Source: Octopus sinensis (Eukaryota). From it: a DNA stretch of 64,000 nt. Each line of letters starts with the position of its first letter. The first letter of the stretch is position 1. The DNA lies in NCBI RefSeq assembly GCF_006345805.1, contig NC_042997.1, forward strand, positions 142,414,001 to 142,478,000, written 5' to 3'. The translations under genes were made by a program, and so were the position numbers. Below the pieces are notes generated by a model. It did no database searches. It was not told the origin of the DNA and worked only from the letters and a program-made list of their open reading frames with translations. This document shows positions 27,361-40,425 of the stretch, piece by piece.

Positions 27361-27889
27361 TTAATAACATCGATGGGATCATTTTTGTATGTTTGTCTAT
27401 TGCTAAAGGATGAATTTTCAAAAATTAAACAATCATTTGGACAGAGGATACACCACACATACAATAAGTAAGGCTTGAATTTATAACCATGTGATCAGTA
27501 GTTCAATGACTTGACCAAGTATATCGCATAAAGAGATGCAGAAATTCCAGTCACAGCATGGGCTTTCAGCTCTTATTTCTTTCTGCATTCATAGAGTGAG
27601 TATATACAACATTCTTGAATTAAAATCTACTTATACAAATATTATTTAATTATTGTTTTATGTCCGTTTATCCACACTAACGCAAGTGGGATAGTTTTTG
27701 TCAATGTACATATTTGTTTATTGTGACAGGAGTGTTTTATAGCTGCTATTTACTCAATTGTGAAATGAAAAGACATTTTTCCCATGTTGATAAACGAAAT
27801 TCATATCCTAACAATGTGTCTTTTAATGTATGTAATATTGTTTGAACTCAAGACAATTCGGTCAGCAATCTAGCTTGTTGACCTCTTAG

Positions 27890-27967
27890 GAAATTTACAA
27901 GGAAGATGCTATGGTCTCTTCAGCACTCCTGGTTGTTGTAAATTACATTAGTATTTGGTATGCTGAG
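27890..27967 (+). other. Candidate 78-nt phase-0 exon (EIYKEDAMVSSALLVVVNYISIWYAE)
   Basis: GACCTCTTAG acceptor, GAG|GTATGA donor, stop-free; no recognisable domain. Confidence 0.18.
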
Positions 27968-28189
27968 GTATGATGCAAACTTATTACACTAAAGTGCTTT
28001 TATTCAGTAATAATAGCCTGAGATGTTATTACATAAATATCAGCTATGAAACTGAAGATACACCAATGTCAAATAATAGAGAAGCAAAACTGATACAACA
28101 AAAAATGCTAATTGCACACCTGTTAGAAGTCTTTCATTTCTAGAAATGCAACAAATGGGAACCATAAATGATAGGATTAGACACACACA

Positions 28190-28214
28190 ACTCTCTCTCT
28201 CTCTCTCTCTCTTG

Positions 28215-28302
<88 letters not shown>

Positions 28303-28372
28303 CTCTCCTCTTTCTCTCTCTCCCCTCTCTCTCTCTCTCACACACATGCACACAAACACACACACACACACA
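28190..28372. repeat. Compound (CT)n-(CTAT)n-(CT)n-(CA)n microsatellite
   Basis: Direct reading. Confidence 0.95.
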
Positions 28373-28523
28373 TTCAATCATTTGCATTATAGCTATTTAG
28401 TTTTTATATATGTACTTATGTATGTAAACACTGCTTCTCTCATTCTTACACACATACTTGACAACTTTTAGTGAATGTTGGTCATTAAATGATGATCGAT
28501 ATATATATATACACACACGTGTT

Positions 28524-28524
<1 letters not shown>

Positions 28525-28570
<46 letters not shown>
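28525..28570. repeat. (TATG)n microsatellite
   Basis: Direct reading. Confidence 0.95.
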
Positions 28571-28572
<2 letters not shown>

Positions 28573-28914
28573 TAAACTGAGGAAAAGAAATCCTTCAAAA
28601 GGGTGTGTTAAACATCCAATTCACTGGTACGTCATTTGGATACCTTACAAATATTGGTATAATTGAATTATAAAGATAAATTAAATATAAAGATATTCAA
28701 TTGACAATCCAATAATTTATTTATATTACAATATTACATTAAATACTATGAATATAATATATAACATATAACATAAAATAATATTATATGACATAAATAA
28801 TTATAAAAAAACATAAAAGGCCAACAAATTGTTTCGACTGTAAAATCCAGCTGTCCTTTCACAAACTATATATATATAATGGAACTGTGATTATTATTAT
28901 TATTATTATTATTA

Positions 28915-28948
<34 letters not shown>

Positions 28949-28949
28949 T

Positions 28950-29320
28950 CCTTCCCCTCAGCAAAGGTAGAGGTTTTCAGTCATGTTTGTTATTGTTTGT
29001 TTGTTTGTCCATCTACAAGATATCTCAAGAACTGCTGGATGGATTTGGATAAAACTTTCAGGGATGGTTGGCTTCATGACTGGCACAAAATGATTAGATT
29101 TGGGGACATATCCAGTACCAGACAAGGATTCTGGATTATTTTTCTGGGTTTTGTTTTATTTAATTTTTGAGAGTGGTCAGATTCATGTTTAGTATTCTCG
29201 CTTATGAGAGCAGTCGAGTGTATTTCAGATATTCTCATTTTAAAAATCATCTCTGGCTAATCATTGAGAGGACATTGGTGTTGCCTTGGTGGAGGTTTGC
29301 ACTCTCTGAATGATCTTGTT
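28950..29320 (+). mobile_element. Helentron/HINE (DINE-1-like) non-autonomous element in an (ATT)n tract
   Basis: Subterminal inverted repeats CCTCAGCAAAGG (28956) and CCTTGGTGGAGG (29284), (GTTT)n core near the 5' end, ATT arrays on both sides. Confidence 0.6.
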
Positions 29321-30014
29321 ATTATTATTATTATTGTTCATAAAGTTAAATTTTGATTACTTTTGCCTTGTATTATATCACACAGCTGGCATAATCTTGA
29401 TGAGTATGACTTCATTGCACTTTTATGTAAATAGAAACAAAAAGGATGAGATTAATAGTCCAACTAATGTATTATTATTTTAATAATAGTTATAAATACC
29501 AATATAAAATATCTGTTTTTCTATTTTTCAAAAGTAATATTTAGGTTAATATTTAAAAACTCCTTAAATATCTTTTTCAAAAAATTGGAGTTCGCTGCAA
29601 CTAAATTTCAGTTCTCTCAAATGTATAGGTTATTAATGTATCTTTAATAATGTTTATTTATTATCAATTATTTGAACATCATTATCATTCAGTTTATCGT
29701 TCTTAAACTATTTGCATCAAATCTTTCAATTCACATTAACATACATTCATGTATATAAGTGAATCATTGAATTGAATTTCTTGGTACTAGTTAGAAAAGT
29801 TCACTAAAATTAGACTACTATTTAATCTTTTAAAAATCAGTATCCTTTGTGAAATGATTTGAATTTTATTGGTATTCATTGATATGTATGTATTTATATA
29901 TAAATGTGTGTATGGGGGGGTGCTTGCATGCGTGTTTATGTATATAGGAGCTCAGCACAGTCTTCTGACCTGTCAGATCCTGTCAAACCATCCAACCCCT
30001 GCTAGCATGGAATA

Positions 30015-30271
30015 AAAATAGAAGCGCCCTTTTTAAAGCCTAGCCAGGCTCATGGGCCTGGTTTCCCGGTTTCCATGGTGTATGTGTTCCCCATCTGGAT
30101 GGGATGCCAGTCCATCGCAGCGTTACTCATTTTTGCCAGCTGAGTGGACTGGAGCAACGTGAAATGAAGTGCTTTGCTCAAGAACACAATGCGTTGCCTG
30201 GTCTAGGAATTGAAACCACAATCTTACGATCATGATGCTGACACCCTAACCACTAAGCCATGCGCCTACAC
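30015..30271 (-). mobile_element. tRNA-derived SINE, family C, with 14-bp TSD, nested in an RTE tail; other copies 10280-10525, 15560-15710, 46070-46245
   Basis: GCTAGCATGGAATA at 30001-30014 and 30272-30285. Minus strand GGCTTAGTGGTTAGGGTGTC...GTTTCAATTCC and CTGCGATGGACTGGCATCCCATCCAG (resembles the V-SINE central motif). Confidence 0.85.
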
Positions 30272-30586
30272 GCTAGCATGGAATAGAGATGCTAAATGAT
30301 GGTTGCCAGATTTGACTGGGCCTGATGAAGCCTTCTGGCTTCACAGACCCCTGTAGAACCGTCCAACCCATGCTAGCATGGAAAACGGATGCTAAATGAT
30401 GATGATGATGATGATGATTATGCAAATATATATCAATATTATTAACTACAGGCATGGACATGTGTTTAAGAACCTTGGGCAAGTGTTTTCTCTTATAGCC
30501 TTGGGTCAAGCAAAGCTTTGTGAGTAGATTTGGTTGATGAAAACTGCAAGAAGTTTGTTATATATATGTAGATACATATACATATA

Positions 30587-30727
30587 TAGATGGTAGCATT
30601 TTTTGCCATTATAGTAGGGTTGTTCTATACAGAACTATGTTACTACATTTTAAAATGGGGTTAAAATGTAGTAACATAGTTCTGTATAGAACAGCCATGA
30701 TATAGTGGCAAAAAATGTTACCATCTA
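30587..30727. repeat. 141-bp near-perfect palindrome with TA ends (MITE-like)
   Basis: TAGATGGTAGCATTTTTTGCCA...TACATTTTAA, loop AATGGGG, TTAAAATGTA...TGGCAAAAAATGTTACCATCTA. Confidence 0.92.
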
Positions 30728-30783
30728 GTATTGTTACTATTTATAGCTCATTTAGAGATTTTAGAACTAGCTATTTTGCCCGT

Positions 30784-30823
<40 letters not shown>

Positions 30824-30993
30824 TACATGCATATATGTATGTGTATATATTTCAGGAGAAACACTCAACCTGAAATTTGGCATTGGTCTGAAGCTTTTGG
30901 GTTTCAGACTGTTGCCAAAATTCTTCAAGTGTAGAAAATCCTGGTTTCACTATGGCCACACTTTTATGTGGGTTCGGCAAAGAGTAAATTATA

Positions 30994-31284
30994 ATCCAAA
31001 TTATAAGAAGACAAAGAAATTCTTTAACACATCTTTAATGGTTCATTACATTTATTTCAGTACCAACTCTACTTGCAACACCAGTTTATGCAAAAGTTGA
31101 AATTGAAAATTTATGTAATGTTTGCAATTTTAGACATTAGAGTGGCTCTTCATCGGCAAGCATTATGTAAATTTTCAATTTCAACTTTTGCATAAATTGG
31201 TTTTGCAAGCAGAATTGGTACAGAAACAGATGTAACAAACCATTAAAGATGTGTTAAAGAATTTATTTGTCTTATTATTTGGAT
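30994..31284. repeat. Fold-back with about 130-bp arms (30994-31125 / 31156-31284)
   Basis: Roughly 87% identity by manual alignment; 30-nt loop. Confidence 0.92.
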
Positions 31285-31324
31285 CATTCATTCATTCATC
31301 ACTGTAAATAAAGATAGTGGCCCG

Positions 31325-32110
31325 AGGATATTAGACCAGACTTAGGAAAATATGGCAGCTGGAACTCTACTGTTACAACAAAACAATATCCTACAGAGGA
31401 TTTGCAGTACCAGTGCTGATCCCAACATTTGGGATACTTGATTGGTCTGTAGAGGAAATCCACTCCATAGATATCAAAACTCACAAAATCCTGACAATAA
31501 CTGGGAACTTCCACAGAAACAGTGATGTTGACAGGCTCTACCTAAGAAGAAATGAAGGTGGTAGTGATCTGAAATCATTGTAGACAGCCTTCAAATGCCA
31601 TATGGTATTACTCAGGTAGCACCTGCTAAACAACAGCAGCAAAAATAAATATATTAATGCAGTCCTGAAAAGTGAAGTGAGCAACATTGTACAAGTTGGC
31701 AGTGAACTCAAGAAATACTCTCTTTCTGATGATCTCCTATACAGCCCCAAAACAGCTGGGCTCTCTTACCTCAGAGAAGACTTGAATGGAAAGCACTCAG
31801 CATACAAAAAAAGACCATGTATGGGTATGCTGCCTGGAAGCTTGAAGACAAAGACCACTACATCACATCACACTTTGAAGGCTATGCGTTTGCAATCCAG
31901 GAACAGGAGATTGCCACAAAGTACCTGGTGAACAAGAGAGACAGTGATGCTCTTGTAATCCCAAGGTGCAACCACATGTGTAGGCTATGTCATGTTTCTA
32001 TGGAAGACATTATGCATGTGATTAGCAGCTGTCCTAAAATGTTGTTATGATACTAACCCCTTATGAGGCACGATGTTGTTGCTAAAACAATTTACAATGC
32101 CATCCGTAGT
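31325..32110 (+). mobile_element. Degenerate R4/Dong-like (restriction-like endonuclease) non-LTR retrotransposon fragment
   Basis: RKIWQLELYCYNKTISYRGFAVPVLIPTFGILDWSVEEIHSIDIKTHKILTITGNFHRNSDVDRLYLRRNEGG, then EGYAFAIQEQEIATKY and the zinc knuckle CRLCHVSMEDIMHVISSC...MRHDVVAKTIY. Stops and frameshifts present. Confidence 0.85.
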
Positions 32111-32652
32111 TTTCAATGTAAACATGTCTGGGCTGTTTATTGTTCAAAAGAGTTGAAGATTAACACCTCACTTAAAAGCAGGTGGAGGTTAGCATCAAGA
32201 AGGGCATTCAGCTATAGAAAACTCTACACCAACAGTGCCTCATCTGACATGGACAAGCAGGAGAAAGAAAATTTTAAAATGACAATGATGAAAATAAGAG
32301 CATGAAGTTATGAAGTTATTTGAATTTAAAACTGTTCAGTTGGGTTTTTCATGAAACTTAGTGAAATAATATGCACCCCAAGAAAAACAAGAAAAAAATG
32401 ACTATTTTCTTGATTTGTATAAAGTTTTTCAACACAGTTGCTCTCTCCTCAATCTACTATTGTATCTTTACTATTCTAGCTTCTACTCCTTGCAAGGAAC
32501 TGGTCTTGTGTTGTCACCATTCAAACCCTCCTGACTCACTGTTTTTTCTGCTCTCATCTCTCTATATCTCTACTCTCAATGATTCTGCGTAAACACTTTT
32601 GCTCAGTCATTTCTCCAAAAATTAGCAGTTTTCCTGGAATCCCTTCTCTAAC

Positions 32653-32748
32653 CATGTTCTTGCCTATAGCTGTCATGTGGTACATCAATGACATATATCT
32701 CACACCAGTTTCAGAAGCCTTGTAAGGGGTGGTGGTTATCAATCTTTC
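32653..32748 (-). other. Candidate 96-nt exon (ERLITTTPYKASETGVRYMSLMYHMTAIGKNM)
   Basis: Pyrimidine-rich acceptor ending CTAAAG, open frame in phase with the preceding candidate exon, weaker donor ATG|GTTAGA. Confidence 0.2.
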
Positions 32749-33125
32749 CTTTAGAGCCACCAGTTAAAAGAAGAGAAAATGAATACACCCAATATATATT
32801 CAAATCAGATAACACTATTAAAATTATAAATAAATGCTGTATAATTCATATCTAAATTTAAAATATTATGACCAACAATAAAAATATCCTTGACTATATA
32901 AATATGTATTTATCTGAAAGTTTTGCAGATATGTATATACTGCAAAATTTTTACATGTTTTTTTACTGTTTCCATCGTAACAGATATTTATTTGTTATTT
33001 CTTCAAGTAATTGGTAGACAAATAAATGCATTAGCCTACATTACTCAAACATAAATCTGAGATTATACCTAATTTCTAAAATCAAATAGAAATAGCATCC
33101 AAATCTCCCTTCAATGATAGCTTAC

Positions 33126-33177
33126 CATCTTAAAAAAGAAGGGATATATTGAATAGTGCATCCTCGATACATAATAT
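33126..33177 (-). other. Candidate 52-nt exon of an unidentified host transcript
   Basis: Minus strand GGCTTTTTTTTTTCAG|ATATTATG...TTTTAAGATG|GTAAGC: strong acceptor and donor in unique sequence. Confidence 0.35.
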
Positions 33178-36100
33178 CTGAAAAAAAAAAAGCCATTTAC
33201 TAATGTTGATTGTTACATTATAAACCTACAGATTTTTAATCTACTCAGAGTTATCTTCTGTATCTCCTATTGAGGAAGGTTAAGGAGCCAGAAATGCATC
33301 TAGGAGACAACTGGAGAATGACACTAAGAGATAACGTGATTTTACACCTTTTACCATAAGCACAAATTTTTGTTTTCTCTGTTTAAGCTGCAGTGAAATT
33401 ACTTTTAGAACTTAAAATATATCACAATCATATTTGAACTAAACTAAAGTTTGTTTATTTCTCCTCACTCCTTAACACTACTACAACTACTGCTGTGTGT
33501 ATGTGTTTGTGTTTTCCCCATTTCTAGACATTACATGATGATTGTAAATTATCTTCACTGTAATTCAAACAAGGTTGTTCATTTCTGGTCTTCTGTATAA
33601 AAACATGTCTAGCAATAGGAAAATATCACCTTGTCTGGAAACAGGTGAACATTATTGGCAACAGGAAGGATAACCAACCATAGCAAAATCTGCCTCAACA
33701 AATTCTGTCTGACAATGCAAGTGAACATTAAATGATAATGTTTCCTTAAAGGTAAAGGAAACAATTGCTTTTGCATTCTGATTTAATTGATTGTATGGAT
33801 TCTTTTTTCATAGATTCTAATTCCATCTCAAAAACACCCATCACTGGTATTTAGGATGTTATGCACAGCATTGCTAATCTTCATGTATTCTAATATAACA
33901 AAAGGCTTCTGTTAGCTCTTAAGTTTATGGAGAAAAACACTTATTTCTTCTTGACTACTTTTGCTGACTATTATTTATTTATTTATTTATCACACTCATA
34001 ACTTTTACATTTATTTTCTTAATGGTTCCCAATACTTTTTTTTTTTGATCATCTCATTTTCACCATTTACCAAAGTACTCTAATGTGATGGACATTCCAG
34101 CCTGACAAGTTACACATTCTCTCAACAGGAACCAAAGAATGCAATGCTTTTATAAGATCTGTTACTCTTGAAATTTCCAAATGTTTTCTATTTTTAGATT
34201 CTTTGATTTCTGTATTGTAGTAAGAGTCTTATCTTTTATCAGATAATGATTCCTTGTTTTCTTTTTCTGATTGGTTTTATTTTTTAACTATTTATATGTT
34301 GTTGCCTTAAAATAATCAGTACAAAAACATAAAATATAAGGCATTCTTATTTTTAAACCAAACAATATTTGTACAAAAATGTTGACACAGAAATATATAT
34401 TAAAGTGAATAGATAATTGCATGTCTAAATTAATGTGAATTAAATGATTTTTTTAGCCAAAAAAGAAATCTTTAGAATTAATTACATATTGTCCACTACT
34501 GGACAATTATTTCTTGATATTTGACAGAGTTATACGTTTAAATTTGAAATAATGGAATTTTTAAAATGCATCAAATACACAGTTTTTTTTTAGTTTTGTT
34601 GTTTGCTTATTACAAAGTTCTTAAAATTTCTTGTCATTAGTTATGTATTGCACTATTTCATTCTTTTTAGAAACCTTCAGTATGATATGACTCTAGTTTT
34701 TCTTTTTTAGTTTCAATTCAAATCTGAATTACTATCAACATTTCTTTCATAATATGGTGGTGTAATTATGGGCTCATATTTGACTACTGCTGAATTCTGT
34801 TATATTTTTAGTCTAGACACTTAATTCTACTTGTACTTTAGACAAAATTTTCTGAGGAAATTTTCTATGCTATGCTATTGATTACTATTTCATTTTTTTA
34901 GGAAATTTATCTTTCAATCAGCTTAAAGTTTCAGATACTGTATTTAATCACTGCTCCTGCCCACCTCAGTGGCTTGTGAAGAGATTAACTCCTTTTATAA
35001 CATTGTTTTATTTTATTTGAAAATATATTTCTTTTACTACTAATCTCACTTAATATTGTCTATATGGATAATTTCTCCTTTGTGAAATATAAAACTGCTA
35101 AACTTCTTATTTAATTTAATTTTCTTCTCCCTTTCTCTTTTTTTGTTTTCATCATGTGATTGGTGTTATGCTCATGATATATAATCAATAGATATGAAGA
35201 TTGACCATTTTTCCAATACTTTCTTCAATATCTTCACATTTTTATCAACATTTTTTCCATTTCTGTATATTTCCCTACATTTTTCAAAATAGATTTTCTC
35301 TATTTCTCTGTCTTTAATCACTGTGAAACCTGACTCTATTTCTGGAATAGCAATATTTTATAGCTTCTTAAGTTAGCTTTTAATCCTACTACTATTTATT
35401 ACTCTTTCTTTGTGTTTATGGTAACTATTTGTAAAATATATATTTCTATTTATTATTTTAACAGTGGAATTCAATGTTGATAAAGTACGTAAAATATTAG
35501 GTTAAAACCCTTGATAAAACATGTAGAATAATGGGTTAAGACCCTTTGGATAGAAAAAAATTTGAAGGATACCCATGGGACTTGAACCCTTCAAATTTTC
35601 TTTATCCATTTTTTTTTTTTTACCAAATAGAATTGTATATTATTCAAATAATAGGTCATTATTGTTTTTTTTTCCTAGAAATTTTGAGAAGCATGAAATA
35701 AATAATTTTAATGGTGGATCTCAATGTTAAAGCTATAAATAAATAGCATGTAGAATATTAGGTTAAAAACCCCTTGGATAGAAAAATTCACAAGCTGCCT
35801 GTAAGATTTGAACCTTCATGTATGTGGTGCTACCATTGTAACATTACACACTCACACGTGCATGCGTGTGCACACACACACACGAATTAGAGGTTGAATT
35901 GTGTCAATTGAATGAGAGAGGAATGCTCAATACATGTTGTAAACCATATGGCTTATTGAAACTGATTTTTTATTTCACAACTCAAATTTCACATTGTTGC
36001 AATCTTCAGATGTAAATCTCAAGTCAAAAGATAAAATCTCACTTTAATAAATTATATACAAGATGCAGAAAAAAAACCCCTCCCATTTATCATTCTTGAT

Positions 36101-36388
36101 AAATGTTTCAACAGTGTGTACCATTCCAAACCATAATGGAAACTGGGGAAAAAATGGTAAAGTATTAGCTACATGAAGACATTGTTACCACTTGTGTAAC
36201 TTCATTAACAGCAGAGTGCAGCACAATACCTATGGGAGGTTTTGCTGCAAAGCTGTGTGTGTGTGTGTGTGTGCTCGCGCGCGTGTGTGCATGTTTGTGT
36301 CTGTCTCTCACCACTTGGCAGCCAGTGCAGATTTGTTTATAACCCCATAACTTTGTAGTTCAGCAAATGAGTTAATAATATAATTACC

Positions 36389-36626
36389 TATTTTTTTTAC
36401 TACCTACAAGGGGCTAAACACAGAGGGGACAAACAAGGACAGACAAACAGATTAAGTCGATTATATCGACCCCAGTGCGTAACTGGTGCTTAATTTATCG
36501 ACCCCGAAAGGATGAAAGGCAAAGTCGACCTCAGCGGAATTTGAACTCAGAACATAACGGCAGACGAAATACGGCTATGCATTTTGCCCGGCGTGCTAAT
36601 GATTCTGCCAGCTCACCACCTTCAAT
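36389..36626 (-). mobile_element. tRNA-derived SINE, family A, with 15-bp TSD, nested in a family-B SINE tail
   Basis: AATAATATAATTACC at 36374-36388 and 36627-36641; near-identical to 18237-18488. Confidence 0.9.
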
Positions 36627-37184
36627 AATAATATAATTACCAGACTTAGAATAAGTACTAGTGTCACTTTAATTCACTAAAATAAAAAACTTTGAAGCCA
36701 GTGCTCAATCATAGCTGCAATCAAATAGTTGAAACAAGTAAAAGAATGAAAGAAAGAATCTACATATTGCTCAAAGAAACAAGAAGTGTAAATTCTTATT
36801 CTGTTATGCACATAGTTATGGTGTTATACTCTTAAATATGTTCATGCATAGTTAGTATTTAATGATGTTCTCTAGACATTTTAAACACCTACAGCACCAT
36901 ATTCTTATCAAGTATATGGTTATGCATCATTATTGCTTGAAGAAAAGTTTACTAAGAAACTTTAAGCATATATTCAATTTTATTTTATTCACTGGCGATA
37001 AAGAACAGTTACACTAAGTCATGTATGGTATATTGTAATCATTGAAGAAGAGGGTTTTTTTTTAATATCCAAGTTAGATATTTATTCAAATTTTTAAAAA
37101 GAATGTAATAATAATGACATTTTTACATCTTATTTCTCTATTATCCGTTTGTACTTTTTTGCTTCTTTTAGCCTTTATATTTCG

Positions 37185-37560
37185 TCATCATCATCATATG
37201 TCTGTTGTCCATGCTGGTTTGGGTTGGACAGTCTGACCAGAGCTGGCAAGCTGGAGAGCTGCACCAGACTCCAGTCTGTTTAGGCATGGTTTCTATGGCT
37301 GGATGACCTTCCTAATGCCAACCACTTTACAGAGTGTGCTGGGTGCTTTTACATAGCACTGCATGGGAGCTCTTATGTGGCATTGCATGGGTGCTTTTAC
37401 GCAGACATTTCTACATGGCACTGCACAGGCACTTTTATGTGTCACCACTATGAGTGCTTTGCACCACCAAAGGAACCGGTCTTAACACTTCTGCTGTGGA
37501 GTATGGGTGTTCTTGAGTACAACAAGGCACTATGCATCTCTGTCCTTTATCATCTCACCT
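37185..37560 (-). mobile_element. RTE 3' UTR copy; similar tails near 2330-2560, 5460-5610, 6000-6400, 14960-15540, 16660-17145, 18820-18990, 30300-30420, 33520-33740, 37800-38000, 41480-41705, 54680-54870, 63310-63350
   Basis: Shared (CAT)n-TTTAA..TTTCCATGC..GGGTTGGA and CCTTCCTAATGCCAACCAC motifs. Confidence 0.75.
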
Positions 37561-38182
37561 GAAAGGTTCAGTGTCCTGAGATTGTTATTTTGTTTAAAAT
37601 AAATTTACATGTTGATTTAGATTAATATTGCTTGTGCAAGTCATTTAAATTAACTGACTAGGTAGATGCATGGATACATAGAGCTTTACAATACTGTGTG
37701 TGTGTGTGTGTACACAGGCATATGTATGTATGTGCATGCATGTGTGCATATAGGTGTGTATTTGTGCTTCTTGGTTTGACATCACAGGAGAGTTATAAAT
37801 GGCCATTACTATCATACAAACAAAGTCCCTCATTTCCAGGTTTCTGTGAAAACATGTCTAGTCATGGGGACATATTACCTTGCTTGGAAACAGATGAAGG
37901 GAGATGCTAGAAAAGGCATCCAACTGTAGAAAATTTGTCTCATCAAATTCTATCTGACTCATAAAAGCACAGAAAAGTAGACATTTTAATGATGATGATA
38001 ATGATGTGTTGTTTATTTTGAATCTTTGAACATTATTAGGCGTAGGAGTGGCTGTGTGATAAGTAGCTTGCTTACCAACCACATGGTTCCATGTTCAGTC
38101 CCACTGTGTGGCACCTTGGGCAAGTGTCTTCTACTATAGCCTCGGGCCGACCAAAGCCTTGTGAGTGGATTTGGTAAACACA

Positions 38183-38213
<31 letters not shown>

Positions 38214-38235
38214 CACCACCACCACCACACACACA

Positions 38236-38829
38236 TATATTATTTCATTTGGGTACTTATTTTATCAATTCCTACTTGTCAGACTACAAACTTACAGGAC
38301 ACAAATGAACCATACTTGCACCAGTCTATATATTATTGAAATGATTTTTGTCCTTGAAACTAAAATATTTTTCATTCCTCAAAACCATTTTTTCTTTTTC
38401 TTTTTTTTTTTTAAACTTATTTGGGATTTCTGGACATGTTGTTGAAAAGAGTTCCACTCACAAGAATAAGAAATATTTATCTCATGTTCTAATTGCAGCA
38501 TTTATTTGCCAATTTGTTTTTTTTTTTTTTATTAATGCCATCTTAGTTTATAAACTTTACCTATGGAAAAACCCTCTTCATAGTTTTTGTTATTTTCTCT
38601 TTCTCCGTTTTTTTATCTCTACCAAAATAATCAATTATTGTTTGTGATTGATTTCATAATGAAATTGAATTAGAATTCTATTTCAATGCATGTATGTGTC
38701 CATGTTTGTATTAATGTTTATACTTATCTGAAAACCAGTATTATATCATGTTATGTTCATTTGTGTCCTGAAAGTTTTCAGCCTGACAAGTAGGAATTGA
38801 TAAAATAAGCACCCAAATGAAATAATATA
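38236..38829. mobile_element. MITE-like element, 594 bp, with 75-bp TIRs (38236-38310 / 38755-38829)
   Basis: 5 mismatches in 75 bp; begins and ends in TA. Confidence 0.8.
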
Positions 38830-40202
38830 CATGTGTGTGGTTGGGTGTGTGTGTATAATAGGCTTCTTTCAGTTTCTGTCTTCCAAATCTACTCACAAGA
38901 CTTTGTTGATCCAGAACTATAGTAGAAGACACTTTCACACAATGGGATTGATCCCAAAATCACAAGGCTGAGAATTGAACTTTCAAACTTCTTAATCACA
39001 GAGCCATAATACTTGCATCTCTACTAATAACTAAAATCAGTAACTTATGTAAAAATTTAGATATAAACACACGACTAGCTATAAACCAGTCATAACATTT
39101 TTTGTCATGTCACTATTATTGTGTAATGTTCTATTTAACCAACAGTTTTAGTGAACAGTTATGTTTTGTTATAAAATATTCAATGGTATTAACAAACTAG
39201 TTATTTATCCATTAATCAAAAGTATTATAGTTATTTATCATTGAATCCTGATGGCAAAAGCATCTGCATTTGCCAAAAGTATTCAATTTACCAAACAGAC
39301 ACTGTATAGTTCAAGAAGGTAAAGTTTTCTTATTAATACCTATACACAAGATAGTGTTTAGTTCATGATTGCTTGTTCTTTTATATTGTGCTAACTGGGT
39401 TGTAATTTTATATCCATTCAAATATTTTCCAATAAGATATTATAGGCCTATTGATTCTGCACTTAATATATATTTTCTGACTGTGAATATTCTATGGTTA
39501 CTTTGGCCACATGTCAATTTCACCATTAGTTTAAGTGTGGAACCTTCTGGATACTAGAACTCTTTTAATTTGAGATAATGGCAAAAATGTAGCGATCTTT
39601 TGAAATCTCACATTTCAAATAAATAAAATAAAAATAAAACTTTGAAATTCAGCAAGGAAGAAATTTATCATCTATTTGTATTTTATCATAATAGTGCATT
39701 AAATTAAAACAAATATTATATAAAAAATTTGTTGCTTGATCTGACTGATTTACAATAAAAAAAAGTTCCAAATGGGGCCTCTCTGTTGTTTTTCAGATAT
39801 AGTGTCAGAACTACATTACCTAATGTGTCCTTTGTTTTTTTTTTTCTATAATGGTGACCCAAGGGAACTTTGATTGCACTTTTTAAGCATGCCAACATTT
39901 ACAGTAGGTTCCCCAATTCCTTTTCTTTTTTCAGTTTTTTTCCCTATAACCAGTAAATAATATAAAACTATTCACATATTTATTTTTCAAGTTTCCATCA
40001 AATTATTTTAACTTGCTTACTCTAGACTAGAAATACTTTACTTTTGATTTGATTTTTAGTACTTCGCAGTTCTGAAATAAGTTTCTTGTTTTGCTACAGA
40101 ATCACACTGAAATATGGTCAAATTATTTGAGCCATCACACATGTTGCCAGCCAAAATGAAAATTGTTTGCCTGTAAAAACTGAATCATTACTGCTATAAC
40201 TT

Positions 40203-40425
40203 TTAATCCTTTAACATTTAAACCAACCGTGTCCAGCCTAGACATTCTATTTCTTTTATGTTTGAACCAGCTAGATTGAGCCTCTCAATTTCCCAACAAG
40301 GACATTCTAAAAATCATTATTATATCATTGAAATCTCAAAGCTATGAGGTAATACATGATTAAATCAAAATGATGAATAAATAAGTATTACATATGAAAG
40401 AGTAGTCTGACTGCTAAAGGGTTAA
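40203..40425 (+). mobile_element. TTAA-flanked piggyBac-type MITE (about 220 bp); relatives 4879-5315 (SINE-interrupted), 11329-11551(-), 17085-17131
   Basis: Ends TTAATCCTTTAACATT and CTGCTAAAGGGTTAA; shared GAATAAATAAGCATTACATTTGA subterminal motif across copies. Confidence 0.7.

Noticed and set aside
28835-28880. Minus-strand stem ending CGAAAC, like a Penelope minimal hammerhead
   Set aside because: The CUGANGA half is not present; at most a dead relic.
30318-30350. CTGATGA plus short stem AGCC/GGCT resembling a hammerhead core (also near 3935)
   Set aside because: The obligatory GAAA after stem II is absent; part of the RTE tail.
35465-35820. Two similar short blocks (AATATTAGGTTAAAA.CCC...TTGGATAGAAAAA...TTGAACC)
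   Set aside because: Short and degenerate; most simply decayed repeat fragments, with no further structure supportable.
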